Positions 51,001 through 63,000 of a stretch of 64,000 bases of DNA are shown here, piece after piece; positions within the stretch are counted from its first letter, which is position 1; every line of letters starts with the position of its first letter. A program made the position numbers and the translations under genes. The stretch covers positions 2,480,001 to 2,544,000 of the forward strand of contig NC_134475.1 of NCBI RefSeq assembly GCF_964194025.1, read 5' to 3'. The notes beneath the pieces were generated by a model. The model was not told the origin of the DNA, did not search any database, and saw only the letters and a list, made by a program, of their open reading frames with translations. Origin of the DNA: Convolutriloba macropyga. Taxonomy: Eukaryota.

Positions 51001-54000
51001 ACTTTTATTTTTGATTTAGTATGAAATCATGTTGTCTATCATATGTACAACAAGGAACAGGTGTCTGTTGTTTTTGTCTAAATCGCAGTCATTAGAAATG
51101 TAATTATGGGTGTTTTCTGATTCTTAAATTTGAGCTTTCTTTTTTGAAAAGATTTAACTTATCTTCTAAGGTTATCTTCCCTTTGCTTTCGCGATCTTTT
51201 GCAGATTAGAATCATGAATTATTTGAGGGCTATTGATAACCTTGTCAGCTTTTTCAGACTATCAGGTTTTTGATCATATTAATTATTTTGGATTTTTTAA
51301 CGTTACCAAACGTTTTCAATAATATAAATTTTTGCTGCATTTTGTTTTTCTTGTTGTCAGTGGTTTAAGTTTCACCAATTTTTAGAGCAGATCTGGAGAA
51401 GTAGTTAATGGTTTAATACAAAAGGTAGTGGCTTCCGCTGCAATTACGGTTTTATTAGTGAAGTTTTGAAGCTTCGAGTCGCTTCCGGAATTCTTCCGGC
51501 TGATTTTTTTATTTCGCGATTTTTGTTACGACCATATGACGTCACAACCGCTTCAAATCTGCTTTTTGTTCATTCGTTCTTGCAATTTCAACTGAAGTGC
51601 GTGCGTGACGTCATTTTTTGCTCTGAGTGGAGCGAGTTTTTTGTTCATTCGCGTGATTAAATTTTTTGTTCTAACTTGACTTACCTCACTCTCAAAAATC
51701 ACTTCCTCACTTTGAATTTGACTTTTATTTACTTTAATTCAAAGAGATAAGGTCATATGGGTGCGTGTCAACTCTAAATGAAGGTTATTTGAGAGCAGCT
51801 AATAGAGGCAGCAAAAACTTATACAGACTTTTAATCAAAATATAACTTATCAGCCTTCAATGAAAAGACGAATTTTTTTGGTCTGTCTTTTTTACTGTTT
51901 TTTTTAGACTGCAGATCTACGAAGCTATTGCGGCTATTTTCTGGCAATCTGCCAGCTATGTTCTTAATTTTATTAAGCTTGTCTTTTAAAAGATACTTAA
52001 TTTTTTGATCGTTCAAAAACAAAGGAAGTATTAGAGTTCTTAAAATCTTTAACGTGATATTTAACAAGGGAGCTCTGTAATGTGTGTTTGCACATTATGT
52101 TCCGACCTTGCTCCTTGACTCAATTGTCTACCAAATGAATAGAAGATAGAAAACTCTCAAAAGTTCACATTCTTCTGAAATAATTGGCGCTTGAGTTTTA
52201 AAAAAGTAACTGAGGATCCTAACTAATAAATGAATTAAATAATTCCTTGTCGCATTAGTGCGCCGATGAGACCTACCCTAATAAGACTACAAAACGCGAC
52301 AAAAATACTTGATAGAGTCACATAAAAGTCTTTAGGACGCCACTGGGACCTGTAATTGATAAGAGTATGTCAAAATAATACCAAAAAAATATACGAGCAA
52401 CCTCGAAACCTTACGAACAATTTACAAAAGCACGAAGTATTGAAGCCATTAAAGTCATTAATTATTAACTGAAAAGATTCTATTTTTACTTGGACTAATG
52501 ACTATAAAATTCTGTCGGCTACAAGATTCTTGCGACCACAAAATTTTGACGACTGCAAAAAGAATAAAAATACAGGCAGAAACCAAAAATTCATGAACAA
52601 AGGCAAGAAAGTTTTTGAAGCCACCAGAAACATAAGCTACTCACTCAAATACTTATATAAGTTTGATTGGGTCTATTTTCAATGCCAATGGAATTTGTTA
52701 TTATTCTGTCGTTATTTTATCACATTATTGTGATTTTGTTACTATAATGTGCCAGAATTTCAAAAAAGTCCAAAATATAAACAAATATCTTAAAATCACA
52801 AAAGTTTTATGAAAACTTGTAGTATCAAAGTAACCAATAGCAATCAGCTAGACGCCTTAATTTGGTTCACTTATTCTTCAATAGGATATGAAACCTTCTA
52901 ATGATCAGAATAGTCTTACAACTACAACGAGAGAAACAAATACAGGCAGAAAATAAAAATTGATTAAAAAAAGTGCGAGAACAAAATGTCGAAGCTGTTA
53001 AAACCATAAGCTGTTTACTCAAAGTTTTAGATACATTGAGTTGCTTTTATTTCCAACTCTATAATGTCTGCGTTTGATATAAAAACATCAAAAATTTTGA
53101 AAAGTTGTAAAAATAACAGCGGCACTTTACAATTGTAATCTTTTGGATGAAAAATAAACGGAATTACACTTTTTACCGCTGCGCGCCACGTAATTGGACC
53201 GATTTAATTAGTGTAATACATATATTTAAACAACAGTTTTATCCAAAAAAGATTAAAAATGACGCTATAAGTGAACAAAGTCAATCACTTCACATCAATG
53301 TTCAAAAAAATTACTTCAATAACCCCTCGAAAAAAGGTAATTCAAAAAGTTTTTTATTCAAAGTTTGTAATTTAAAGCTTGAAGGGCTTTTTAATGACAC
53401 TACTCACAACTCTCTACTTTGAATATATCGATCAGCTACAATTGACTGAACAAAAACCAGTTGAGCTTTTAGTCTACAATCAATTGCTGGAAACAGCAAA
53501 TTTTTGCGACTGCATATTGTTTTGAGAGTCGATTACACATTTGATAAAGGCAGCTCAGAGAACAAAACGTAACATGGAATTGCAAAACCCATTTGTCACA
53601 TTGTATAGCCTATTATTAACTAAAAAATGCTGAGAATGGTCGCGGTCATTCATGTTGAGCAGGGTCATTAAATCAAAATTCTGGACCAAAACGCTTTTTA
53701 AAGATAACAATTGTGCTCTTCACTTCGTACCCTTTGAAACATAAAAAGTTTTCAGAATCTTTTTTATACCATTCTTTCAGTGTTCTCATTTAGTACAGCA
53801 AGATTGGTTTTACAAAAAAATTGGTTTTCGGGTTTGTCTCATTTGATTGTTGATTTCGTTTTTTGATATTGACGCCGTTACTTTAAGGTTGTTTTTTTTT
53901 CCTGAAAAATTGCCTTTATTGATGTTATCAACGGCAATAACAGTGAATGCTTAAATTGTGAGTATTAAGAAAAGTCTTGAACGTTAACTAACTTCTTTAA

Positions 54001-57000
54001 AATTGAAAGTCACTTTAATTTTGATTTATGAAGCAAAAAATAACCATTGTTTTCTTAGAGGCATGAGAGGAACGTATGGGCGGAGAGCATGTATTAATAA
54101 ATTAGAGAATGTATTAATAAATTATAATGTTGAAGTTCAAATCTTTATTCGTTCTCAACGAGCATGAGAAAATGGTTTTGTTCCATTTCTCTAGCAACAA
54201 AATAAAAAACCTCACGCGTGGATTGAAAACCTTGCTGTACTAAATGAGAAAACTGAAAGAATGGTGTAAAAAAGATTTTGATAACTTTTTATGTTTCAAA
54301 GGGTACGAAGTGAAAGCTCTTTTTGTAAGATCAAAAAGAACCAGTGACCAGGCTCTGAATTTCAGGAATGGTTATCTAAACGAATTTCGTTTTTGAACTA
54401 TGAAATATTTTGAACTATATATTTGGAATATATGTATTTGGAACTACATATATTTGGAAAATATTTTTGATTAAAATTATCATTTTTTGTTTTTTGTTCT
54501 ATCTAAAACAACGGCTTCAAATTGTTTAGCTTCAAATCGACAAGCGAGTGCTTCGTTGTTAAAATTAACATAACAGCTGGCCAAAATCGCCGCTGTTGAT
54601 TTTACGAGTACGATTGTGACAGAGCGACGCAAAGAAAAGTAAATGGTAAAATGCATGTTGTCTTTTAATAATCCTCAAGGTAAGTGTTTTGAGAACTTTT
54701 TGTAGATATGGCATAGTTATGCTCACTCGTTTACTTACTAATGAGAAAATGAGAGACTCTTATGAAAACCAGCTAGCTATAGATCTTATAACTAAAACGA
54801 ACTAAAGCTATATTTAACCAACGGTTATCTAAAAATTGGTTTTCGGGTTTGTCTCATTTGATTGTTGATTTCGTTTTTTGATATTGACGCCGTTATTTTA
54901 AGGTTGTTTTTTTTCCCTGAAAAGTTGCCTTTATTGATTGAGCAGATTGATAGGCGAAAAAAACTGTCCTAGAGAAGTCAAAAAGTTTTTACGCAAATTG
55001 TTGAAGCAGCAAAAGTATGTGAGGCAAAACAAATTCTTGTCTGACAAAATGAAATAAATTGAAAGAAGGAATACTACCTAGCTGTGAAAATTGCCATGGG
55101 ACTTCTGAAAGGTTGCTGGATTTTTATGATGGCTATAAAGTACGAGGAAACTGAACTTTGTTAAAACCTTGTTAAAAAACTTTTTTAAAATGCTAGTCGC
55201 AATTTCCCTAAAAGACTATAAAATTTTTGGCCCATATCCTACAATTCTGACAATTCCGAAAAGAATGAATTTTCGACGCTTAAGTAGTTGTTGCTAATCC
55301 AATTTTGTTATTCGATTGAGTTAAAAAAATACTTTTGTTTGTTGAGTTAAAAAATTAACAGGTGTCCTGAGAATTTTCAGATATATCGGGTCAATCCTCA
55401 GATCAGGAAGCAATTGGGTATGTTATAAACAGTTCAACTTTTAAAATCAAAAAATTAAAAATGGTTTCACTGACGTTTTTGCATTTTTCTTAATTGAATA
55501 TTTATTTTTCAGCAATTTCGCTGGAAGTGATTTTTTTATAGCTGCGAAGCTGTAAGCTGAGCGAAGCTATATTGCGGTGCTCATGGCTTTTACGACTCGA
55601 AGAGGAGTATTGAGATTCTACAGGTTTTTTTTTAGCAGAAAGCAAGTTTGTTCATGACTTGAATTTTGACTTCTTTCTGTTCGAGCATTTACCTCCGTTT
55701 TTGATTGTTGACTTCTGTTTTCGAACATTGGAGTTTAACAGTAGCTTCGTGTTTAATGTATAGTTATTAGGAACTGCTGGTAATGTTCAACGTGAAGAGG
55801 TCATTTTTGAGATTTTTTGTTCCTATATAAGTCACCCCTAATTATCTAAACTACACCGCACAACTTCCTCACCACCTATCTACCCCCCGCCCCCCAACAC
55901 CTACCTACCACCCCCCACAACTCCCCGCACCCCCCCCCCAACTTACCCCCAACTACCCCTACCCCCTCCCTTCACCTAGCTACCCCCACCTACCCCCCAA
56001 CTACCCCAGCAATACCCACCTCCCCAACCTATCTACTCACCCACCCCACCTAGCTCTCCCCGCACCTAAAAAGTTGTCCGCATTTTTAGAACACTTTAAT
56101 GTTGTTTGTTGGGCTACTTTTGTTTTTTTTTCTCTTGTCTATTTTGATGTTCTGATTTCGGTAAGGTTAGGTTAGAGATTATAATGCTCGACGATTCGAG
56201 TCGTTTCCGGTATTCTACCGGCTATGTTTTTTGTTTCGTCGTCTGACGCTCTTTTTTCGTTTTACATTTGTTCACACAGCAAAGCTGAAAAAGTCAAACT
56301 TTCTGAATGACTTCTTCCTCTCACTAACGGCATTTGCGCGCGTGACGTCATTTCTTACTCGCTTTAGCAAAAGTTTTTAGGTTATTTGCGTGATTAGATT
56401 TTGATCATACGTGACCTACCTCACTCAATAAAATGACTTTTGCACTTTAAAACTTAAGTTTAGTTTGAATTTGTTTTCGGTCAAAGGAACTCATTTGTGC
56501 AGTAAAGGTCCCTAATAAGAGGCTTCTGCGGAATGAATTTTAACAAGCTTTATTAATTTATCGCTGAATGTTTTTTTACTTAGTTTTTTGAGCGGCGTCG
56601 ATTTTTTTCAATTTAGATCTGTATCTGTTTCTATCTCTATTATATGGCACGCAGGTCTATTCTTTCGCAGCTATTCCGGCAATCTGCCGGCTATGTTATT
56701 TTTTATTAATCTAAAGTTTTATATAGGCATCCGTATACGAAAAGAAAAGGTTGCAAATGTGAAATATTCTGGAAAATTTGATGCTCAATTTTTCTTCCCG
56801 AAATGACAGTTTTATAAAGTCTTCAATCGATTCACTTTTTCTAAAGCGTTCTAATGGTACCACATCTCTCTCCGCAAAAGATATCGATAATTCGCATTCG
56901 AGTATGCAGAATATCAAACACCATTAGTAGTAGTAGTAGTAGCGAAGTCTTTAGGGTTATACCATGGGTTTTCACCCTTTATGTCATTAGTGAGTAAGTT

Positions 57001-60000
57001 TGGAATGTTGGTTACAGTTCGTGCATTGGCAGAGTATCCTCCAGGTACATAGATTGGCTTCGTTGAACAATTGTGCTACTTGATCTTTTGGCGAATAATT
57101 AAATAAACTAATTTCATTATTAAGCTTACCACAAATTTTATAACCAAGTAAACATCAATTTAAATTTTTAGTTCGCGAAGAAAAGTTAATTTGTTTAATA
57201 TTATGTATCAGGTGATGAAGGCAATAGTCACTTCAGTTGACAATGGGTTAAACAACAACAATGATGAGTCGTCTGAGGGCGTCCAGTGGGACCAGGGAGA
57301 AACTGACTTCCTACAGAATGTGGCACTATGTCTAAAAGTCAGTAATTTTGAACATGTTTAGCTACGAATTTCGCTTTGTTATGCAGATCTATTCTAGTTT
57401 TGTAATTTGTGAATTTGAGACTACTCATCTTAACAATTGGAACTTCTGAAGGCACAATTTGATTTCAAATAGTTGTTTTGATTTTGATCTTCAAAGCAAG
57501 AGAATTTTTTTTTCGGAATAAAAGTGCAGAAGTTTTTTTCGGAATTATCAGATTTCCTCATTTTATTCGGTGAATTTTCTGGACTCTGCGACGTAGCAAT
57601 TGTATAAATAGGACATATTATGCACCCTCTCCCTCCCGTCCAGTTTATGTCCCCCGAAATAGATCGGTTATATATTGGAAAGGACGGAAAGCAACCGGAA
57701 TTGTAATTTCAGCAACGCCTTGACGTCATTCAATCTCCAATCAGCAAAGACAAACAGTTTCCTAGGGAGAGCGTGGCGGAAGTGATTCCACATTTGCGCT
57801 CGTTCTCTCTCCAATTGCCCAAATCTCTCAAATCATCAGGGCAAGGTGCTTCTAACCACAATCAGAGGAAGATGTCTCAACAACTGCTTTCCAAAATGAA
57901 GGTATTTTGCCTGATAGCATTGATGCTTGCAATTTTGAGTGGTGAATGTAAACAGTTACTGCGTAAATTTTTTAAACAGTTACTGCTTCTAACCACAATC
58001 AGAGGAAGATGTCTCAACAACTGCTTTCCAAAATGAAGGTATTTTGCCTGATAGCATTGATGCTCGCAATTTTGAGTGGTGAATGTAAACAGTTACTGCT
58101 CGAGATATCAAAAAATGGGTCTCGCTATAATTGTGATTTATGAGGGGTTGAAGAATTGGTTTTAGTTTTTGACCCTTTTCACTGGTTTTTGTTAATCCAA
58201 CCCTGAAATTTATTTGGTTAGAACTTAATGCAACTCTGACTTTTCTTTTTGTGTTAAGTCAATTGGCCGATCAATAAATTTTGCGGTGAAATACAAAAAT
58301 TTATCATTGAAGAGCTCACGAAAAACTGAAACAATTCTTGACGAGATTTTGAAATTTTTTTCTTGGGGGAAAATGAGCCTTGGAGATACTTTAGATATGC
58401 CAGAAAATTTATCTCTTGGAAATGCTAAATAAAAATTACTTCAGAATAAAGTTATTCATAAGTTAAGAGGTTGTCTGGCGCGGTTCTTTGATCTTACAAA
58501 ATACCATTCGGCTAAGGCTATCAAAAACTTAAAATATAAAGTTGAAAACTTTATTCTGATCCTACAAAATTTTTCATAATAATTAGGAATCAAAGCCACT
58601 AATTTAGACTTTTTGACATTTTTGTTGATTGAGAGAACCTAGATGAAACCTAATGGTAATTGAATGATACAAAATGGTGATAATTGTTACAAGTCAGTTG
58701 AGTTCTGGGACCCGAATTGAGTTCGACTTTGTGTCGTTTCCGGAATTTTCTGGCTATGGTTTTCTTTTTGGAATACCAACCGTATTTAATAGCTCTCGAA
58801 CGAAGTTTCAATCAATCAATGTAAACCTGTGTCTCCCTTTGCGATTCGTCGGGTTTTTCTAAGCTCAAGCAATTTTCTTCATGTTTTTTTTTCAATTTTG
58901 ACTTTTCTGTACAACTTTTCGACTTTTCTACTACTGTGTTTGTAGCTTGACCTCTACTTTCGAACATTAAACTTTAACACTAGCTTAGTTTCGAATATAA
59001 TAATTAATTTCTCTTGAACGAAGCATTAAGCAGTTAGTGAACGTGTGTCTTTTATATGCAAAATTTTCGCTGGAGCATTTTTGCGCTTTTGTTCTAGATC
59101 GTTCTTCGATCTCTCAAGTGACTTTTTCACGCTTCTCATTTTCATTTTTGAGTGATCTTAATTGCTCTCACTCCGAAGTACAGTCTGCGGCTAACTTAAA
59201 AGCGATTTTAGCATGGGAAATTACAAGGTCCTTACCGCCGAGCGGGGCAAGCTGCTGACAAGGACTCCGGATGTCGCGGTTTTGAATCCCACCCTGGTCG
59301 GATGTTATTGCACCCATAAACCTAAATAAATCTAGGTTACAGCCTTTTAATTGCCCCGCCTGTCGTTCGAGATCATTTTGTCAGACGTTAGGAACTGCTG
59401 GTAATATTGAAGGTCGAAAGTTCTTTCTGAGCAGTTTTTTGCCCTAACAGTCACTCAGCATTCAAACTACGGACACCTCGTTCTGTCTTCAGCAGCTCCT
59501 CCCCCCATCTACTCAAACTACTAAAAAATGATTCTGAAATTTTTAAAGTTTTTAATAGCCGCCCTCATCTTCTTAGCCGTCTATTATAGCGCTCCTAATT
59601 TTTATTTTTTACTTCGACCAAAAAAAATGTTTCGCTTTACCTCATTTTGCCGCTTTTTTCAACATTTTGCGTGAAATCTTTTTGACTTCTCTGGGCTAGT
59701 TTTTCTCTTCTCTCATTCTGCTAAAAGTGAACATCAGTTGCTCAGCAAAGCAATTCAAAATGAACAGAGTCAGTATAAAAAATTGAAGTCGGAAATAAAA
59801 ACGGGATGAACCCATAAAGCCCAATTTCAGATGCCCGCTATTTGAACGTCGTTCCTATCAGTCTTAGTTACCATCTCTAATGCTTATTGGTATTGATAGT
59901 AGCCCCGGTAGCCGAGAAGTATGTTCAACTACGAAATGCCATCAAAATAAATGGGACTTGAAAAATGTTTTTGTACAAAAATCTTATTTTTCAATATCTT

Positions 60001-63000
60001 TTCAATCCCAATCATGCTTATTGGAATCAACGGCGGCTATTTTCCGGCAATCTGCCGGGTATGTTTAGTTTTATCACGCAATTAATTCTTTATTTGTTTT
60101 TTCACTTTTCTGATTTAGGAATTTCCAATTGGAAAATTACCTCGCCCAAATCGTCGAGTTCTTTCATGTGTTCTCCCGGAAATTTTTTATGCAAAATTTT
60201 TTGCCTGACCGTTTTTACTTTTTAGCTAGAGCTTTATTTCGCTTGAGTGATAGAACTTCTCTCTTCTAAAATGGGATAAACTGGCATTAATTGTCTGAGC
60301 AGCTCACTTAGGATCTTTAATAGGCTCTCAGTGTAGGGTTCACGGAATCTGCTGAGTAGGTTGAGCTTCAGGATGGGACGGGACCGATATCTCACGCGGC
60401 TTTCTGCCAACCCCTCCCCTCCCTCTCCAACGCACTGCGAATGGGACTAAGCTTAAGCTAGTTACAACTAAACAAGCCAACCTCTCGCTTGTTGTTCGAG
60501 AGCAATTCTTCCGACGATAGCCGGTTTATGATTAATTGCTCTCAGACAAAGTTTGTAGCAGTTATATTAGTCCTGTCGGTCTTTTTTATGCGATTTTTTG
60601 TCTGACGCTTTTGACTTTTCGTTCTCAAAAACGGGATAAACAGGTAGCGCCAAGCAGGTGGGCATTAAGTGCTCTTAGAGCCTTTCAGCTCAAACGGTTT
60701 TGGAGACTTATACTTATGGCATACTTATACTTATACTTTTTCAACCTTTTAATGTCACAAATTTTAGCAATTTTTTGATACAACATGCTTTTCAAGTTTT
60801 TTGAAAAATTTTTGTTGTTTTTTAGGTTTCTTCACTCTCAAGAGCCATGGAACCTCCTCTAGGGTTTGACAATAAGTACTGTATATTTTCTAGATGCAAT
60901 GGAATGTTTTTCAAGATTTTAGCCACACGAACTTTAGCATTTTTTGACTAACCTTGCATTTTTTTGGCAATTTTTGTCATTCTGGTGTTTTCAGCCTCAG
61001 GGTTCGGAAAACCTCCGTTAGTGTTTGATAAAAAGTTACTTGTAGATTTTTTTGGCCGTGGATTAGTTTTTAATTTTTTATTTTCACAAATTTTAGCATT
61101 TTTTTTATAAAACTTGCAATTTTCAATTTTATGAAATCTTTTGTCATTTTTTAGGTTTCTCCAGCGACAAGAGTCACATCCTCTAGGGTTTGATAATAGG
61201 TTACTTCATATTTTATAGATGTAATGGAATGTTTTTCAAGATTTAGGCAAGATTTAGAATGTCACAAATTTAGGCAAATTTTTAAAAAAAATTTGCAATT
61301 TCAATTTTTTTAATTTTTTGACATTTTTTTAAAAATTTTTCTGGCACCAGGGTACTAGGAACCTCCTCCAAGGTTTAATAATATGCTGTTGCATAATTTC
61401 TGGAGTTAATGGAATATTTATCAATAATTTAATGACTCCAGATTTAGGATTTTTCGATGAAATCTAATTTTTTTTTCAAATTTTCGGAAGATCGTCCATG
61501 TGTAAAGTTTATGGATCTCTATGAGCCAGTGAAACTGTTTAATGCTTAAAATGCGGATAATGGATAGTCTCTGGAGACAATTAAATGGTTTTGAGTATTT
61601 ATTATGTTGAAATTTAGCAAGATTTTTAAAATTTGCCATTGTTATCAAACTTTTTGAATATTTTTGCCCTTTTCTGAGTTTAACGATCATTACTGGCCAA
61701 CGAGACTTTTTATGTCTTGCAGATGGGTTATTTGATAGAACTCTAGAGATAAAAATGGTTTTGAACTTTTTTCACTTCGAAATCTGGCAAATTTTTAAAA
61801 TTTTTGTATTTGAGTTATTTACTGACAAGGCTAGAAATAAAAAGTTGCATAGTCGAATCGAGCTAAAGCTAGCCTCACTAATCCCTGCCTAGCTACTGAG
61901 AAAGCTGACCGCTGACGGGTCGTTTGAGAACAATTCGCCCGACGTTAGTCGTTTATGTCAGACATGCCCCTCCTTCACGCTGCTTTCTGACAGCCCCTCC
62001 CCTCCCTCTCCAACGCACTGCGAATGAGCCTAAGCTTAAGGTAGTTACAACCAAAAAAGCCAACCTTTCGCTTGTTTCTTGAGAGCAATTCATCCGACGG
62101 CAGCCGGTTTATGTTTTTAATTTGGGCGCGTTGTAATTTTAACAATTATAATTAGTCTCCTTTTGGTCTTCTATGCAATTTCTCGTACTATCGACTATCC
62201 GTCTGATCGTTTTTTTCGTCGGGGAAAATGATTTTTGTCCTCAAAAACGATATTAAGAGGGAAAGACCGTGGGGGTGTTAAATTTCTCTTAGAACCTTGA
62301 GGTTTACTAATTTAGTAAAGTATAAATGTAAACGGTAGTCTAAGTATGCGATCCACCGAAACTCTTTAGAAGGCATAAATTCATTATGTGAAGGGAGTTT
62401 GACACACCCCCCTTCAATTCACCCCATCATTAAAGCTAAAGCTAGCCTCCCTTAGCCTCAGCTACCGACAAAACCAACTGCTAACAAGTCGTTTGAGCAA
62501 TTTTCCCGACCTTATTTGGTTATGTTTTGTTAATTGTCAAAAATGTGGTAGCAATTCTTGCTGAAAATACAAAGATGTTTTTCAGAATGGCGTCGTTGTT
62601 GAAATGGATGCAAGTGCAGAGCATCTGGAGAAGATCACTTCAAGTAGAAAAGGGTCGTTGATTGACTATGCTGCATCTAGTAGGTCAGTAAGTTTTTTAG
62701 TTTGGATAGTCAAAAATGTATAGAATAAAACTTCTAAGGCATGTTGTTCGTTTGACTTTCTTCTAAATGAAACGTTTTCGATTCATTGGGATAAAAAATT
62801 TCATCAAAGAGAGCTTGGCTTGATTGTATCGCGTATAAACCAATATATTTAATTTCAAAACGCATTCTGATTATCAAACATATTCCAAATCTGCGGTTCT
62901 GATCATTTTTCATCAAAATTATCTGAAATTGTCAATTTAGAAAATTTGCCAAAATTCATTTAACTGATACTAATCTAGTCTTTATAGCAGCTAGCACTCT

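Larger units (their letters stand above)
33730..51502 (+). mobile_element. HINE family C interrupted by the 158-bp array and the Polinton
   Basis: 5' ACGACTCGAAG at 33730; 3' CTTCGAGTCG + CCGGAA-TTC-TTCCGG at 51472-51499. 33730-34040 and 50120-50350 align to successive parts of the copy at 63339-63970. Confidence 0.75.

Noticed and set aside
56925-56942. (TAG)n run resembling a Polinton AGTAGT terminus
   Set aside because: Simple microsatellite with no adjacent homology to the TIR at 50040-50097, and about 7 kb outside the element.
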